From: Steroidobacteraceae bacterium
Lineage (GTDB): Bacteria; Pseudomonadota; Gammaproteobacteria; Steroidobacterales; Steroidobacteraceae
Assembly (NCBI GenBank): GCA_035603345.1
Contig: DATNKO010000057.1
Span: forward strand, 7-64,006
DNA length: 64,000 nucleotides
Direction of reading: 5' to 3'
Made by a program: the position numbers and the translations under genes
Shown here: piece by piece, positions 62,670 through 64,000 of the stretch
Numbering within the stretch: the stretch's first letter is position 1
Layout of the letters: every line of letters begins with the position of its first letter
Notes under the pieces: generated by a model
Databases searched by the model: none
What the model was told of the DNA's origin: nothing
What the model saw: only the letters and a program-made list of their open reading frames with translations

Positions 62670-64000
62670 ATGGACTTACCCGCACCCACGTACGCCGTTC
62701 GCAAGGACATCGAAGGACTGCGCGCACTCGCTGTGCTCGCTGTCGTTGCCGGCCACACAATACGGACCGCACTGCGCGGTGGATTCTGCGGGGTCGACGT
62801 GTTCTTCGTGATTTCCGGATACCTCATCGGAAAGCACCTGCTCGAAGACATCCACACCGGACGATTCTCGTTTCTGAGATTCTACGCGCGGCGCGCCCGG
62901 CGGCTGCTGCCCGCTCTTGTCCTAGTACTGACGGCGGTCTGGGGAGTTGGCTGGGTCATTCTCTCCGCCCCCGAGCTTGCCGCTCTCGGCAGGCACATAG
63001 CTGCGGCGAGCGTTTTTTCCAACAACTTCCTGCTCTGGTCGGAAAGCGGCTACTTCGATGCCGTCTCGACCAGCAAACCGCTGCTGCACCTGTGGTCGCT
63101 GGGCATCGAGGAGCAGTTCTATCTCCTGGTGCCACTGCTGCTGTGGCTCGGTGCCCGCGGGCGTCAGGGTTCGGTCCGCTGGGTCATGTGGTTGAGCGTA
63201 GGGTCGCTACTGCTGACAGAGCTTCAGCTCGCCCCGTCCTTCTACCTGCTCGACGCTCGCTTCTGGGAGCTGGGAGCGGGGGTCATGATCGGCTACCTGT
63301 CGTTGCACGAGGCGACCCTGGGCAGGGGCACACCTGCGCTCGGCAAACGCGGCTATCGCGAGATTCTCGCCGGCGCTCTGCTCCTGACGTTTGCTGCGGC
63401 ATTGCGCTGTGGCGTTCAGCAGTGGGACGCAGGCCTGTTGGGAGCCAGCAGCGGGGTTGGGGCACTGCTCGTGCTCGGGACGAGCGCCGCGCAGCTGGCG
63501 GGTACCTACAGGCGACCGACCGCATGGGAGCGTCTGGCACGCGCCTGCCGGCGCCACGAAGGAGTGCTGCGCGACGGCGTCGCCGCACTAGGCATTGCCA
63601 TCGTCGTGGCTTCCTTTTTTGCACTCACGTCGGCTGATTGGCCGGGTCCGCAGACGCTGCTGCCCGTGCTGGGTACGGCACTCATCATCGGCGCAGGGCC
63701 CTCTGCCCGCGTCAACAGATTCCTCGCCTGGCGCCCACTGGTCTACGTGGGAGGCATCAGTTACCCCCTTTATCTATGGCATTGGCCGGCGCTGGTGTTC
63801 TGGAGGATGCTCGTCCCGGACACGAGCCTCGTGGTCGTGCCAGTCGGTGCGTCGCTCCTGCTCGCCTGGGTCACACGTGAGTTGGTCGAGAACCCGGCGC
63901 GATTCGGCAGGCTTTGCGGTGCGACCGTGCGCAGACCGCCCGTCTGGGTACTTTTTGCGGCACTCGTGACAACGGGTCTCATCGGTATATCCGCCGTGGC
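62670..64000 (+). CDS. acyltransferase-3 family (OafA/YrhL-like) membrane protein, 3' end outside window
   Basis: Not in the ORF track because it has no stop in the window. Hand translation from ATG 62670 is open to 64000 and has RKDIEGLRALAVLAVV, VDVFFVISGYLI and LHLWSLGIEEQFYLLVP. Confidence 0.8.
   Translation, partial: MDLPAPTYAVRKDIEGLRALAVLAVVAGHTIRTALRGGFCGVDVFFVISGYLIGKHLLEDIHTGRFSFLRFYARRARRLLPALVLVLTAVWGVGWVILSAPELAALGRHIAAASVFSNNFLLWSESGYFDAVSTSKPLLHLWSLGIEEQFYLLVPLLLWLGARGRQGSVRWVMWLSVGSLLLTELQLAPSFYLLDARFWELGAGVMIGYLSLHEATLGRGTPALGKRGYREILAGALLLTFAAALRCGVQQWDAGLLGASSGVGALLVLGTSAAQLAGTYRRPTAWERLARACRRHEGVLRDGVAALGIAIVVASFFALTSADWPGPQTLLPVLGTALIIGAGPSARVNRFLAWRPLVYVGGISYPLYLWHWPALVFWRMLVPDTSLVVVPVGASLLLAWVTRELVENPARFGRLCGATVRRPPVWVLFAALVTTGLIGISAV

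Noticed and set aside
62402-63637. 411-aa Arg-rich plus-strand ORF
   Set aside because: It overlaps, out of frame, the acyltransferase-3 reading frame, which carries clear family motifs. It also runs across the repeated leader.

Overview
GC-rich proteobacterial chromosomal window; hand counts give about 75% G+C in core genes. From 0 to 52.6 kb the content is ordinary core genome. It holds mobA-moaD-moaE, proA/proB, htpX, tesB-azurin-fpr, a class-III aminotransferase, glgB, typA and folE. It also holds a MarR-OMF-MFP efflux operon, two GGDEF-EAL proteins (one paired with a CHASE4 histidine kinase), tamA-tamB-PAP2 and a GH67 alpha-glucuronidase. A Rieske oxygenase / CrtI-like flavoprotein / TetR operon is also present. 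Many long antisense ORFs in the six-frame track are high-GC artefacts. From about 52.7 to 62.6 kb the sequence is visibly AT-richer and the gene content is accessory and decayed. This stretch contains a PEP-CTERM protein, an ABC ATPase remnant, a frameshifted TPR-methyltransferase, an intact tRNA-Arg(ACG), a frameshifted YeaQ-like gene and a frameshifted TPR remnant. The most interesting locus is 57.1-61.5 kb. Four same-orientation copies of the tRNA-Arg 3' end (one an exact 50-nt duplicate) bound integrase-less island remnants. The tRNA-proximal remnant carries a 5'-truncated Rhs core that ends in a cysteine-rich linker and a secreted-PLA2-like toxin domain, followed by a small polytopic membrane protein. 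Next comes an orphan glycine-zipper toxin and overlapping membrane-protein cassette that shares a 24-nt identical handle with the Rhs gene just upstream of the toxin domain. A second notable signal is a roughly 175-nt leader plus start-codon module present twice (43.6 kb and 62.4 kb). No CRISPR array, rRNA, transposase or integrase was recognised. All family calls come from reading the translations; no searches were run.
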